From the human T2T-CHM13v2.0 reference genome, Homo sapiens, in NCBI RefSeq assembly GCF_009914755.1, contig NC_060947.1: a stretch of DNA of 64,000 nt; one strand, 5' to 3'. The notes below the pieces were generated by a model. It made no database searches. It was not told the DNA's origin and worked only from the letters and a program-made list of their open reading frames with translations. Each line of letters starts with the position of its first letter. Within the stretch, counting starts at the first letter, position 1. This document shows, piece by piece, positions 31,049-61,695 of the stretch. The position numbers and the translations under genes are program-made.

Positions 31049-31802
31049 GTATTCTCTTATCATTACTTTAATGCCTGCAACATTTTAGTTACATCTCCTG
31101 CTTCATTCCTGACATTGGTGACTTCTGTCACCTGTGTCACCTCTCTCATTTTTCTTTCTCAGTATTGCTATAGGTTTATCAATTTTACTGATTGTTTTCA
31201 AAGAACCAGAGTTCTATGTCATTAATCTTCTCTATTGTCTATTTTCAATTCTATTAATTTCCACTCATATGTTTATTATTTTCTTCCTTCTGCTTGCTTT
31301 CATATTATTTCACTCTTTTTCTTCTAGGTTTTTGAAGCAGAATTTTAGATTATTGATTTGAGACCTTTATTTTATTCTAATGAAAACATTTAGTGTGATA
31401 AATCTTAGGATTGCTACATCTACATCCAACTTTTTTTTTAATTTTCAGATTTTATTTTAGATTGAAGGGGTAATCTGCAGGTTTCTGACATGGGTACATT
31501 GTTTGTCATAGAAGGTTGGTGTATAGATAATTTTGTCACCCATGTAATCAGCATAATACCCAATAGGTAAATTTTCAATCCTCACCTTCCTTCCACCCTC
31601 CACCCTCAAGTACACCCTGGTGTCTATTATTCCCTTCTTTCGGTCCATGGGTACTCAATGTTTATCTCCCACTTAAAAGTGAGAACATGGAGTATTCAGC
31701 TTTCTGTTCTTGTGTTAATTTTCTTAGGATAATGATTTCCAGATCCATGCATGTTTCTGCAAACATGATCTTTTTCATTTTAAGGCCGCATGATATTCCA
31801 AT

Positions 31803-31804
<2 letters not shown>

Positions 31805-31834
<30 letters not shown>

Positions 31835-32078
31835 AACATATACATATATATATACATATATACACACATATATGTATATATGTGATAACATATCACATAT
31901 ATCACATATATATGTGTATATATCACATATATACGTATATGTGTGATATATATCACACGTATATGTATATATATCACATATATACGTATATGTGTGTATA
32001 TATATCACATGTATATGTATATATATCACATATATACGTATATATACGTATATATGTGATATATATACTTATATATAT
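31805..32078. repeat. Compound (TG)n/(TA)n microsatellite expanded inside the L1
   Basis: Alternating purine-pyrimidine run with repeated atatcacatat units. Confidence 0.95.
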
Positions 32079-33756
32079 CACATTTTCTTTATCTAGTCCA
32101 CTGTTGATGAACATCTAGATTGATTTTATGTATTTCCTATAACAAAGAGTTCTGTAATGAACATACATGTGCATGTGCCTTTATAGTAAAATTATTTATA
32201 TTTTTGTGTATATAACCAGAAATGTAATTGCTGGGTGGAATGGTAGTATTATTTTAAGTTCTTTAAGAAATCACACTGCTTTCCACAATGGCTGACTTAA
32301 TTTACATTCCCACCAGCAGTGAATAAGCATTCTCTTTTCCCTGCAACTTCACTAGTATCTGATTTTTTTGTTTGTTTGTCTTACTTTTTAACAATAGCAG
32401 TTCTGACTGGTGTGAAATGGCTTCTCATTGTAGCTTTTATTTGTACTTCCTCCAACAATTAGTGATATGTACCATTTTTTTCATATGCTTGCTGGTCACA
32501 TGTATGTCTTGTTTTAACAAGTATCTGTTCATATCCTTTGTCCATGGTGTTTTTTGGTTCTTGCTTGTTGATTTGCTTAAGCGTCCTACAGATTGTGGAT
32601 ATTAGACCTCTGTTGGATGCTAGCTTGCAAATATTTTCTCTCATTCTGTAAGTTTGTTTATTTTCTTGTTAGTTTTGCTGTGCAGAAGATTTTTAGTTTA
32701 ATTAAGGTTCCACGTGTCAATTTTTGTTTATGTTGAAATGGCTTTTGGAGTCTTTGTCATTAAGGCTTTGCCAGGGCCCCTGTCCAGAATAATATTTTCT
32801 AGATTTCCTTGTATCACTTTTATAGTTTTAGGTTTTACATTTAAGTCTTTAATCCACATTGAGTTGCTTTTTGAGTATGATAAAAAGAAGGCGCCACATT
32901 TCAATCTTCTGCATGTGGCTAGTGAGTTATCACAGAACCATTTACTGAATAGGGAGTATTTTTCCCATTGCTCTTTACTGTCAGCTTTGTCGAAGATCTG
33001 ATTGTTGTAGGTTTATAGATTTACTTCTGGATTCTCTGTCCTATTTATTGATATATGTGTCTATTTTTATACCAACAGCATGCTGTTTTGGTTACTGTAG
33101 CCTTGCAGTATAGTTTGAAGTTGGGTAACGTGATACCTCCAGCTTTGTTCTTTTTGCTTAGGATTGCCTTGGATATCCAGTTCCTTTTTTGGTTCCAAAT
33201 GAATTTTAGAATGATTTTTTTTCAAATTCTGTGAAAAATATCATTCATAGTTTGATAGAAATAGCACTGAATCTGTACATTGTTTTAGGAAGTATGGCCA
33301 TTCTAACAATATTGATTCTTCTTATTCATAAGCGTGGAATGTTTTTCAATTTATTTGTGTTGTCTCTGATTTCTTCCAGCAGTAATTTGTGATTCTCACT
33401 GTAGAGATTTTTCTTTTCTCTGATTAGCTGTATTCCTAGATATTTTATTATTTTATGGCTTTTGTGAATGACATTGCATTCTTGATTTGGCTCTCAGCAT
33501 AAATGTTACTGATATATAGAAATGCTATTGATTTTTGTACATTAATTTTGTATTCTGAAACTTCACTGAAGTTGTTTATCAGATCTAGGAGCCTTTGGAC
33601 AGAGACTGTGGGGTTTTTTAAGTATAGAATTATATTGTTTGTAAAGATAGGTAGTTTGATTTCCTCTCTTTCCCTTTAGATGCCTTGCATTTCTTCCTCT
33701 TGCTTGATTGCTCTCACTGAGACTTCCAGTACTAGGTTGTATAAGAGCGATGAGAG

Positions 33757-35997
<2,241 letters not shown>

Positions 35998-37266
35998 GTT
36001 CTCAAAGGATCTGCTTACAGCTTTTGCCCGTTAGGTACAATGTTGGATATGGGTCTGTCATAGTTGGCTCTTATTATTTTGACATATGTTCCCTAGATGC
36101 CAAGTTTTCTGAGAATTCTTAGCATGAAGGCATTTTGAATTTTATGGAAAGTCTTTTCTGTATCTGTTGAGATAACCACGTGGCTTTAGTTCTGTTTATG
36201 TGATGAATCACATTTTTTATTTGTGTATGTTGAAGGAAACTTCAGCCCCAGAATAAAAGGCTTCTTGATCATGGTGGAATCCTTTTTTAGTGTGCTGTTG
36301 GATTCAGTTTGCTGGTATTTGGTTAAGAATTTTTACATCTGTGTTCATTAGGGATCATCAGGGATATTAACCTGAAGATTTTGTTTTGTTTGGTTTGGTT
36401 TTGTTTTTTCTGTGTCTCTGCCAGCCTTTGGTATCAGAATGATGATGGCTTCCTAGAATGAGTTAGGGAGGAGTCTCTCCATCTTGATATTTTGAAATAA
36501 TTTCTATAGAATTAGTATAAGCTCTTGTTTATGTTTGATAGAATTTGAATGTGAATCCATTTCCTCCAGAACATTTTATTTTTTTTGGTTGGCAGATTTT
36601 TGTTTTCAAGTGATTCAAATTTGGAACTTGTTTCTAGTCTTTTCAGGTTTTCAATGTTTTCCTGGTACAATCTTGAAAGGTTATATGTTTCCAGAAATTT
36701 ATCAATTTCTTCTAGATTTTCTACTTTGTAATAATCTCTGAGTTTTTTTCTTCTATTTCATAAGGTCAGTTTTATTGTTCCTTTTACCATTTCTGATTGT
36801 ATTTATTTGTCTGTTGTCTCTTTTTTTCTTTATTAGCCTAGCTATTGATCTATCAGTCTCATTTATTATTTAAAAAGAAGATTTTTTGTATGTTTTTTCT
36901 CATCTTCACTTCATTCCGTTTTATTTTGATTTATATTATTTATTTTCTTCTACTAGCTTTGGGTTGGTTTGCTCTTGTTTTCTAGTTTTCATAGGTGTGA
37001 TATAAGGTTGTTATATTAAAAGCTTTCTACCATTTGATACTATAAACTTCCCTCTTAACACTGCTTTAGCTCTGTGTGAAAGATTCTGGTACATTATAAC
37101 TTTGTTATAAATTTGTTATATTACTAATATAACTTTGTTATTATTAGTTTCAAATAATTTCTTGATGTCTGTCTGCCTTAATTTCAATGTTTACCCAAAA
37201 GTTATTCAAGAGCATACTGTTTAATTCCATTTATTTGTGTGGTTGTCAGAGATCTTCTTGGCATTG

Positions 37267-37267
<1 letters not shown>

Positions 37268-37306
<39 letters not shown>

Positions 37307-37656
37307 GCACACACACACATATATACACACATATATATACACATACACATATATATGTACACATATATATACATATACACATATATATGTACACATATAT
37401 ATACATATACACATATATATGTACACATATATACACACATATACACACACACATATATATACACACATATATACACATATATATACATATATATACACAT
37501 ATATATATACATATATATACATATATACATATGTATATATATGTGTGTATATATATGTGTGTGTGTATATGTGTGTATATATGTGTATATATGTGTATAT
37601 GTGTATATGTGTATATATAGGTATATATGTGTGTATATATGTGTATATATATGTAT
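37268..37656. repeat. Complex (TA/CA)n-(TA/TG)n microsatellite at the L1PA8 tail
   Basis: The CA-rich left part switches to a TG-rich right part at about 37530. Confidence 0.95.
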
Positions 37657-44888
<7,232 letters not shown>

Positions 44889-45200
44889 GGTTCTCTTATA
44901 ACTTGCTTTTCTTTGATAAAATTTTGGTTTTCTAAGTGTTTCAAGAAAATTCATAATTCTTTATTGAAGAATTTTTTATAACGACTTCTTTAAAATCCTT
45001 GTTAGATAATTTCAACATCTGTGTCATCTCAATGTTTGCATATGTTGATTGTCTTTTCTCATTGGAGTTGAGGTTTTCCTGATTCTTAGTATAGCTATAT
45101 TTTTCTATTGTATACTGAACATTTTAGATACTCAATAGTGCTGTCTGGATATTATTTAAATCTCATGTTTTAGTAGGCACATCCAACACTACACTGCTTA
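44889..45200 (-). mobile_element. Old L1M 5'/ORF1-region fragment
   Basis: ttaaaatccttgttagataatttcaacatctgtgtcatctc... resembles an antisense old L1M ORF1 start. Confidence 0.55.
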
Positions 45201-45599
45201 TTTTTTCCCAATCTATCTTTTTTTGCTCATGGTGTCTGGTTTCCTGATGTTCTCAGAGGTACTCTTATTCAATTGGAAGAGAAAAAAGCCTATATGGTTA
45301 GCCTTTGATTGATTTGTGCTTAGAAAATGTCATTTCTAAGCAATCTTTTTCTTTTGGGTGGAATTAGTCATAGAGTTATAGGTCTTCTAGTCTTCGTCCT
45401 CTAGTTTTTGATTCTATAAGTATGTTACCCGTTTTTTCCCACCAATCAGAACTTTCCATTTGTCGTCTATTGTGTTATTTCAAGATTTCTTAGTGTAGTA
45501 ATCAGGGAGAAGCAGGGAAAATGAGTCTACACCATTCTGTCCTGACAGGCAATCCCAAATATAACCTATTGACATGTAAAATAGTCAGAAATATAGAAA

Positions 45600-47062
45600 T
45601 GCAAGGGAGATGCAAGATGTAGAACTAGAAAAATCCAGACACTTGCTCTTCCATGAAAACAACAAATAAGTAAAAGCAGATTGACCAACATAGCTTTGTG
45701 AGAACTCTAGAATAGTTAAGAAGCTGCAAAAACCAAGAAAACACCTAACAAGAACAAAAAAAAAAGCTGCAATCAAAATGGTAGAGGATTTGTGGAACTT
45801 TAGCTCATCTTTGCCCCACCCCTTCTCTGGTACAGCAAGGTGCAGATAGGAGGAACCCAAACAATTTATGGATCTTCCCTGAGAATGAAATAAAAAGAAG
45901 CAACTTTCTTGCAGCATTTTGACTTGTTTGAAAGCTGTCTGAGGGATTAGCTTTTGTCTCACCTGACTTAAAGAACTGATAGGAATCGTGGCACCGTTTA
46001 AATAACAGATTGGAGACCACTGAAAGCAGTGGAGGCATAACTAGTAAGAATAATGAGCCCAACAAGTGGATTCATAGCTAGTAAGGCCAATAACTAATAA
46101 GAAGATTGAATCTATAAACAAAAACCTTCCAAAAACACAATAACAAAATTCTAGAAAGAGATGCTTTCACAGGTGAATTCTCCGAAACATACAAAGAAGA
46201 ATTAACATCAAATTTTCCCAAAATTTCTTTGGAAGATGACAGAAAACACTTCTAAACTCATCCTTTGAAGTCAGCATTATTCTGATGTTAATGCCAGACC
46301 AGGACACTACAAATAAACAAACAAACAAACCCTTCTGCCAATATCTCTGATAAATATAGATACAAATATCCACAGCAAAATACTTGCAAATATAATTTAA
46401 GAGGGCATAAAAGGATTATACATCATGACAAATTGAAAGTTATTTCTGGAATACAAAAATGGTTCATCATATGACATTAATCAAATAATATATAATAAAA
46501 AGGAAGGTAAAACCATGATTCTCTCAATAAATTCCGTAAATAAAAACAAAATTCAATAATTTAATGCCCTACCACAATGAAAACACTTAACAAACAGTAC
46601 AAGAAAACTACCTATATATAATAAAAGACAGATTAGAAAAGTTTACTGTCAACATTATGCTCAAAGGTGAAAGTTGGAAGGCTTTTATTCTAAGATCAGG
46701 AACAAAAAAATGGTGCTCCAGTTTACCTCATTAATTCAATATAATCTAGAATTCCTAGGTAGAGCTATGTAGAGCATTTAGAAGAGAAAAAGAATAGGCA
46801 TCCAAATGAAAAAGAGGAATTAAGATCATGTTTGTTCACAGACGGCAGAAACATATGTAGAAACCTCTCATGACTCAACAAAAAGATGTGTAAAAGCTAA
46901 TAAATTAAACAAATTACAACATACAAAATTAACACACTAATTCAATTGTTTTTATATCCAGCAACAGTGAACAATCTGAAAAGAAAATTAACAAAACAAT
47001 GCCACTTATAATAGCTTCAAAAAATTAAGATACAAACAAAATTCAATAAGAAGTTAAAACAG
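45600..47062 (+). mobile_element. Old L1M: 5' region fragment joined to an ORF2 fragment (continues at 51935-53100 and 55255-55605)
   Basis: Diverged ORF2-like sequence that is continuous across the L1PA3 insertion. Confidence 0.75.
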
Positions 47063-51934
<4,872 letters not shown>

Positions 51935-53105
51935 AAGAAGATAAAACAGTTCTACCCTGAAAAACATAATACATTACTAAAAGAAATAAAAAGTCACCAG
52001 TAAATGGAAAACCATCCCATTTTTGTAGATTATAAGACAATATTGCTAAGATGTCAATGTTATCCAAAGAAATCTACAGATTTAATAAAACTTGTCAAAA
52101 TTTTAATGACCTATTTTTTTGTAGAAATACACAATTTTATTCTAAAATGTATATAAATTTCATGGGGTAGTGAATAGTCAAAACAATTTTGATGAAGAAG
52201 AAAGTTAGATGACTTACACTTTCTGATTTCAAAAGTCATTTCAAAGCTACAGTAATCAAAACAGTGTGGTACTAACATAAAGACAGACATACAGACCAAT
52301 AAAATAGAATACATGACCTGGAAATAGCCCTCAAATATATGGCCAAATAATTTTTGACATGGGTGCTAAGATTTTATTAAGAAAGAACAGTCTCAACAAA
52401 CAATTTCTGGAAAAACTGAATATCCACATGCAAAAAAATGAAGTAGGAGCTTTACCTTATACCACATGCAAAAATTCAAAGTAGATCAAAGAACAAGTTA
52501 TAAGACCTAAAACTGTAAAATACTTAGAGAGAAAAGTAGAGGGAAAGCTTCAAGACTTTAGAAATAACAATATTTTTATTGGATATGACACCAAAAATAA
52601 AGGCAACAAAAGCAAAAATAGGTAAATTGGACTACATCAAAAGAAAACAATTATCTGTATCAAAGGACATAATTAGTAGAGTAAAATGGCAATCTATGGA
52701 ATGGTGGAAAATATTTTCAAGCCATGATATATGTTAAGGGGTTGGTAGCTAAAATATATAAAGAACTCCTACAACTCAACAGTAAAAAACTCACAAAACC
52801 TATTTTTTTAAATGGGCAAATAATTTGAAAAGACACTTCTCCAAACAGTATATGCATAAGGCCAATAAATATATAAAAGATGCTCATCATCACTTATTAT
52901 TAATGCGAATCAAATTACTGTGATATATTGTCCCACACCCCTTACAATGGCTACTACTAAAAAATCAGAAAAAAAAAAAAAAAAACTAGCATTGGTGATG
53001 ACATAAAAAGAGTGGAATCCTCATGCATTGTTAGAGGAAATATAAAATTGTGTAGCCACTATAAAAATAGTGTGACAGTTTATAAAATAATTTAAAAATA
53101 GAAAG
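51935..53105 (+). mobile_element. Old L1M ORF2, continuation
   Basis: Diverged ORF2 C-terminal region. Confidence 0.8.
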
Positions 53106-53109
53106 TTAC

Positions 53110-55255
53110 ATCAGCAAGAGACAGAATAGGAGATTCCAGCTCTTATAAACTCACACAAATGTTGATTTTGACAACTTTCATGGATGGAGATATTTTTAAG
53201 GGAATGCAAGAGTCAAATAGACTCTAACACTGTATTTAAGGAACAATTCAAGAATAGACACATCGAAAGGGAAATGAAGAACAATTCACTTTGTCCACAT
53301 CATTCTTCTCACAAGGTGTCACATCTCACTACTAAGGGAAACCTCTCAGCCTGGGATTTTTTTCCATGGATAACAGTGACTATGATGTAAATGGCCAGCT
53401 TCCCTAGCCTTGCAGAAAGCTGCTCAAAAGGACTACTTTTTCCTCACAGCACCCAGATCACTGACTAGGTTTGTATGGCTGAATAGTCTAAGAGAGATAA
53501 ACACAATAAAAAGGAGTGAGAAGTTATGGCAATAACCACACGCATTTCAAAATCTAACTGAAGATCTTACTGACATGTTCATAGACTTCACCAAGAGGCC
53601 AACTCAGAAACCCCGTAAGACGTATCATCTAAAGCATTCCCCAGTACTGCCTGAGGCATGTCCCCAGCACTCACAAGTGTCCCTGAGTCAGTAAATGCGA
53701 GCCTCTGAAGACAATATGCAAGTGATTTTGCAGATGGCAAACATGAAACTCCATTAAAATAAGATGCAAGAAAACCCCCATAGAAAGGACACAGATAGCA
53801 GCAGCTGGCATGATGCTGTGTGATTGGGTAAAGGTTTACAAACTTGAAAACGTGGGGGCATTCCCCTGGGAAAGATAATTAAGAGGCTTTCATCACCTGT
53901 TCTGACTTTGTAGCATTGAGAGAAGACACACAGTCCTAAGACGTCTTCTCAACAGAGGAAAAAAATAGTGGTCCAGGCACATCAAAAGAAAAAGCCTGAG
54001 AGACTGCCCAGATTTCCAGCTAGGCTGAATGGTGAAGGTCTTCTTTTCTAAAGTCAGTCAGTAAACACTGAAGGAGTGAACTGTTCTTTTCATCAGAGAA
54101 TACAGCAAGTTAAGTCTTCAGTGGACATAAAAAACAAAACAACAACAACAACAACAACAACAAAACATTTCCATGAAAGGAACAAAATGACAGTTCTAAT
54201 GGCTAACCCCCCAAAATGGAGATCTAAAAATTGCCTGACATAGAGTTCAAAGTAATTATCTAAGGAAGCTCAGTAAGCCACAAGAGAACACAGACAAGTT
54301 AATAAAATTCAGAGAAATAATACATCAACAAAATGATAAATTCAACAAACAGATATAAAACATTTATAAAAACAACCAAATGGAAATTCTGAAGCTGAAG
54401 AATACGCTGAATAAACTGAAAGAAATTAGTTTTATCAGCAGACTTTATCAAGTAGAAGAAATAATCAGCAAACTTGAAGACAAACTATTTGAAATTACCC
54501 AGTCATAGGAACAACAAAAAAAGAAGACTAAAGAAAGCCAAAGGGACTACAGGACACCATCAAGTGAAACAAAATACACATTATGGAATTCTTAATAGAA
54601 GCAGAGAAGAAGAGAAAGGGATAGAAAACATATTTAAAGAAATAAGGACAAAAAGTATTCAATCTGGGGGAAAAGTGAACATTCAGATCCATGATGCAGA
54701 AAGAAACGCCAATAATCTGAACATCAAGAGATCTTTACCAAGTGATATTATAATCAAATTGTCAAACATTCAAGACAGTGAAATGATCTTGAGAACAGAA
54801 AAAAATAAAACAGCTGATCTTATGCAAAGAATCCTCAAATGATATCAGCCGACTTTTCAAATGAAACCTTGCAGGCCAGGAGGGAGTGGAATGATATATT
54901 CAAAGACACAGAAAGCTTATATTTAAATTTCAACAGTATAATCAAATTTCAACATGTACATATATTTTAATAATGTGTTTATAAAATGTAAAAAAACACT
55001 AGGGTTACAAAGTTTCAGTTATGTAAGATGAATAAGTTCTGGAGTTCTAATATATTTTGTGATGACTATAGGTAATAATACTGTGTACTTGAAATTTGCT
55101 TAAAAAGTGGATGCTAAGTATTCTCAACACAAAGAAAGAGAAGGTAATATGTCAGGTGATGACCATGTTAATTTAGCTCGATTGTGATGATTATTCCACA
55201 ATGTATACTTATATCAAATAATCTATTTGTATACCATAAGATACAATAAAAACAG
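53110..55255 (+). mobile_element. Old L1 (L1M2/L1MA-like): 5' UTR and ORF1 joined to a 3' UTR, ORF2 absent
   Basis: ORF1-like remnant at 54474-54842 (GIENIFKEI...NIQIHDAER) followed within about 100 bp by an L1MA-type 3' end (gggttacaaagtttcagttatgtaagatgaataagttctgg). Confidence 0.65.
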
Positions 55256-55605
55256 AAAACATAAAAATAGAATTAACACATGATCTATCAATTCCATTTT
55301 ACAGTATTTACCCAAAAGAATTATAAGCAAGGTCTCAAAAAGATATTTGTACAGTATATTCATAGCAGCATTATTCATAATAGCCAAAAGATGGAAGTAA
55401 TCAAAGCGTCCACTGGTAGATGAATGGATAAACTAAATGTAGTATATATGCAATGGAGTATTATTCAACTATAAAAAGAAAGAAATTCTGGAGCATGCTA
55501 CAATGTGGATGATCTGTGAAGACAATATGCTAAGTGAAATAAGCCAGACACAAAGGAAATAACATATATTGTATAATTCCACTTATACGAGTTGTCTACA
55601 ATAGT
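55255..55605 (+). mobile_element. L1MB-like 3' region
   Basis: catagcagcattattcataatagccaaaagatggaag...ctaagtgaaataagccag. Confidence 0.7.
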
Positions 55606-55711
55606 CAATGCAAGAAGATAAGGTAGATTCCAAAGCCCAGCACTACCTTCAAACGTGTCACTGTTGAGACAAGTGCTGACATTTATTGTCACTCCATTTG
55701 CTAAGAAATAA

Positions 55712-58700
55712 GAACAAAAAACCATTCAAAACATCAATAAATACAGGAGCTTTTTTTGGTAAAAAATAATGAAATAGACTGCTAGATAGACTAGTAAAGA
55801 CGAAAAGAGAGAAGATTCAAATAAACACAATCAGAAACAACCTGGGGAATATAACCCTGACCCCCACAGAAATATAAACAACCAACAGAGAATATTATAA
55901 ACTTATCTATGAATATATACTAGAAAATCTAAAAGAAATGGATACATTTCAGGACACATAACCCTCCCAAGACTGAACCAGAAAGAAATTGAATCTCTGA
56001 ACAGATCAATAACAAGTTCTGAAATTGATGAAGTAATAAATAGCTTACCAACCAAAGAAAAAAAAAAAGAAAAAGCCCAGGACCAGACGAATTCACAGCT
56101 GAATTCTACCAGACATACAATGAAGACCGGGTACCATACCTACTAAAACTATTTCAAAAAAATTGAGGTGGAGGGACTTCTCCATAACTCATTCTATCCT
56201 GATACCAAAACCCGGCAGAGATACAACAACAACACAGGCAGTATCATTGATGAACATCTATGCAAAAATCCTCAGCAAAATACTGGCAAACCGAATCCAG
56301 CAGCACATCAAAAAGCTTATCCACCATGATAAAGTTGGCTTCATCCCTTGGATGCAAGGTTGTTTCAACATACACAAATCAGTATAGGTGATTCATCACA
56401 TAAGCAGAACTAAATACAAGAATCATGTGATTATCTCAATAGATGCAGAAAAGGCCTTTGATAAAATTTAACATTGTTTCATGTTAAAAACTTTCAATAA
56501 GCTAGGCATTGAAGGAACATACTTCAAAATAATAAGAGCCATCTATGAAAAACCCACAGCCAATATCATACTGAATGGGCAAAAGTTGGACACGTTCCCT
56601 TTGAATACCAGCAAAATACAAGGATACCCTCTCTCACCACCCCTATTCAACATACTATTGGAAGTTCTGGCCGAGGCAATCAGGCAAGAGAAAGAAAAAA
56701 AGGGCATCCAAATAGGAAGAGAGGAAGTCAAAATATCCGTGTTTGCACATAACATGATCCTATATCTGGAAAATTCCATCATCTCAGCCTAAAAAGTTCT
56801 TAAGATTATAAGCAACTTCAGCAAAGTCTCAGGACACGGAGTTAATGTGCAAAAACAGTAGCATTACTGTACACAAACAACAGGCAAGCTGAGAGCAAAT
56901 CAGGAATGAACTCCCATTCACAATTGCCACAAAAACAATAAAATACCTAGGAGTGCAACTAAGTAGGGAGCATTAGGAGATATACCTAATGTTAAATGAC
57001 GAGTTAATGGGTGCAGCACACCAACATGGCACATGTATACATATGTAAGAAACCTGCATGTTGTGCACATGTACCCTAAAACTTAAAGTATAATAAAAAA
57101 AAAAAGAAAAATCTCTACAAGAATTACAAACCACTGCTCAAAGAAATCAAAGATGACACAAACAAATGCAAAAACAATCCACACTCTTGGGTAGGAATAA
57201 TTAATATTGTTAAAATGGCCATACTGCCCAAAGCAATTTATTGATTCAATGCTGTCCCCATTAAACTACCACTGACATTATTCACAGAATTAGAAAAAAC
57301 TATTTCAAAATTCATATGTAACCAAATGAGCCCAAACAGACAAGATAATACTAAGAAAAAACAACAAAGCTGGAGGCATCAGGCTACTCAACTCCAAAGT
57401 ATACTACAGGGTAACAGTAACAAAAACAGCATGGTATTGGTACTGGTACAAAAACAGACACATAGACCAATGGAACAGAATAAAGAACCCAGAAATAAAA
57501 CCATCCACCTGCAACTATCTGATCTTTGGCAAACCTGACAAAAGCAAGCAATGGCAAATGTATTCCCTATTCAATAAATGGTGCTGGGATAGCAGAAGAT
57601 AGGAACTAGACTCCTCCCTTACACCATATACAACAATCAACCCAAGATGGATTAAAGATTTAAATATCAAACCCCAAAGTATAAAAACCCTGGAAGACAA
57701 CTTAGACAATACCATTCAGGACATAGCCATGGGCAAAGATTTCATGATAAAGATGCCAAAAACAATTGCAACAAAATCAAAAATTGACAAATGGGATCTA
57801 GTTAAACTAAAGAGCTTCTGTACAGCAAAAGAAACTGTCAACAGAGTATGCAGACAACCTACACAACGTGAGAAAATTTTAGCAAATTATGCATCTAATA
57901 AAAGTCTAATATGCAACATCTATAAGAAACTTAAAAAAATTTACCCCATTAAAAAAGTGGACAAAAGACATGAACAGACGCTTCTCAAAAGACATACATG
58001 CTGCCAACAATCATATGAAAAAAAAAAAACTCAACATCACTGATCATTAGAGAAATGCAAATCAAAACCACAATGAGATTCTGTCTCACAGCAATTAGAA
58101 TGACTATTATTAAAAAGTCAAAAAATAACAGATGCTGGCTAGGTTGTAGAGAAAAGGTTTGCTTATACACTGTCGGTGGGAGTGTAAATTAGTTCAGCCG
58201 TTGTGGAAAACAGTGTGGTGATTCCTCAAAGACCTAAAGACAGATATACTATTTGACTCAGAAACCCCATTATTGGGTATATAACCAAAGAAATATAAAT
58301 TATTCTATTATAAAGACAAATGCACGTGTATGTTCATTGCAGCACTATTCACAATAGCAAAGACATGGAATCAGCCTAAATTTCTGTAAATGATAGACTG
58401 GATAAAGAAAATGCGGTACATATACATTATGGAATACAATGCAGCCATAAAAATTAATGAAATCATGTCCTGTGCAGAGACCTGGATGGAGCTGGTGGCT
58501 TAGCAAACTGACACAGGAACAGAAAACCAAGTACCACATGTTTTTACTCATAAATGGGAGCTAAATGATAAGAACACGTGGAAACATAGAAGGAAAAAAC
58601 CCACACTGGGGCCTTTCAGAGGGTGGAGGGTAGGAAGAGGGAGAGAATCAGGAAAACTAACTGATAGGTACAAGGCTTAATGCCTGGCTGATAAAATAAT

Positions 58701-58790
58701 CAGTACAACAAATCCCTATGACACAAGTTTACCTATGTAACAAATCTACTCTTGTAAAGCTGAACCGAAAATAAAAGCTGAAATAAAGAA
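55712..58790 (+). mobile_element. L1PA11-13-like LINE-1, 5'-truncated (about 3 kb)
   Basis: ORF2 remnants at 56163-56792 and 57729-58043; old-primate 3' UTR. Confidence 0.88.
56969..57105 (+). mobile_element. Tiny L1PA4-like 3' end (about 135 bp) with poly-A
   Basis: agcattaggagatatacctaatgttaaatgacgagttaatgg...aaagtataataaaaaaaaaaa. Confidence 0.9.
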
Positions 58791-59315
58791 AATACAGTAC
58801 ATATACACAATGGAGTATTATTCAGCCATAAAAAAATAAGATCCTGTCATTTGCAACAGCATGTGTGGCAATTGAACTCATGTTAAGTAAAATGAGCCAG
58901 GCACAGAAAGATAAACTGCATGTTTTCACTTATATTCTGGGAGCTAAAAATTAAAACAAACTAATGGAGATAGAGAATAGAATGATGGTTATCAGAAGAT
59001 AACAAGAGGGGCAGTGTGAGGTGGGGGGAGTAGGGATGATTAATGGTTACAAAAATATAGTTAGTGTATCTAACTCTAATGAATAAGATCTAGTATTTGA
59101 TAGCACAACAGGGTGTCTATAGTTAATAATAATTTTATTGCACATTTAAAGTAGCTAAAAGTACAATTAGATTTTTGCAACACAAAGAAATGATAAACAC
59201 CTGAAGTGATAGATATCCCGTCTACGCATATGTGATTATAATGTATTGTATGCCTGTATCAAAATATCTCTTATACCCCATAAATATATATACCTAGTAT
59301 GTACCCAAAAAATTG
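58790..59315 (+). mobile_element. L1MA3/4-like 3' end
   Basis: ctagtatttgatagcacaacagggtg...ctagtatgtacccaaaaaaatt. Confidence 0.8.
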
Positions 59316-59319
59316 AAAA

Positions 59320-61635
<2,316 letters not shown>

Positions 61636-61695
61636 TTCCCTTCTTGTCTTGTTTTCCTTGATTTTTTAGATACAGCTTTCTTCACCTCTCTAAAC

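Larger units (their letters stand above)
28500..31430 (-). mobile_element. Old L1M ORF2 fragment hosting two solo LTRs
   Basis: Antisense ORF2-like sequence is continuous across the LTR12 and LTR54-like inserts. Confidence 0.8.
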
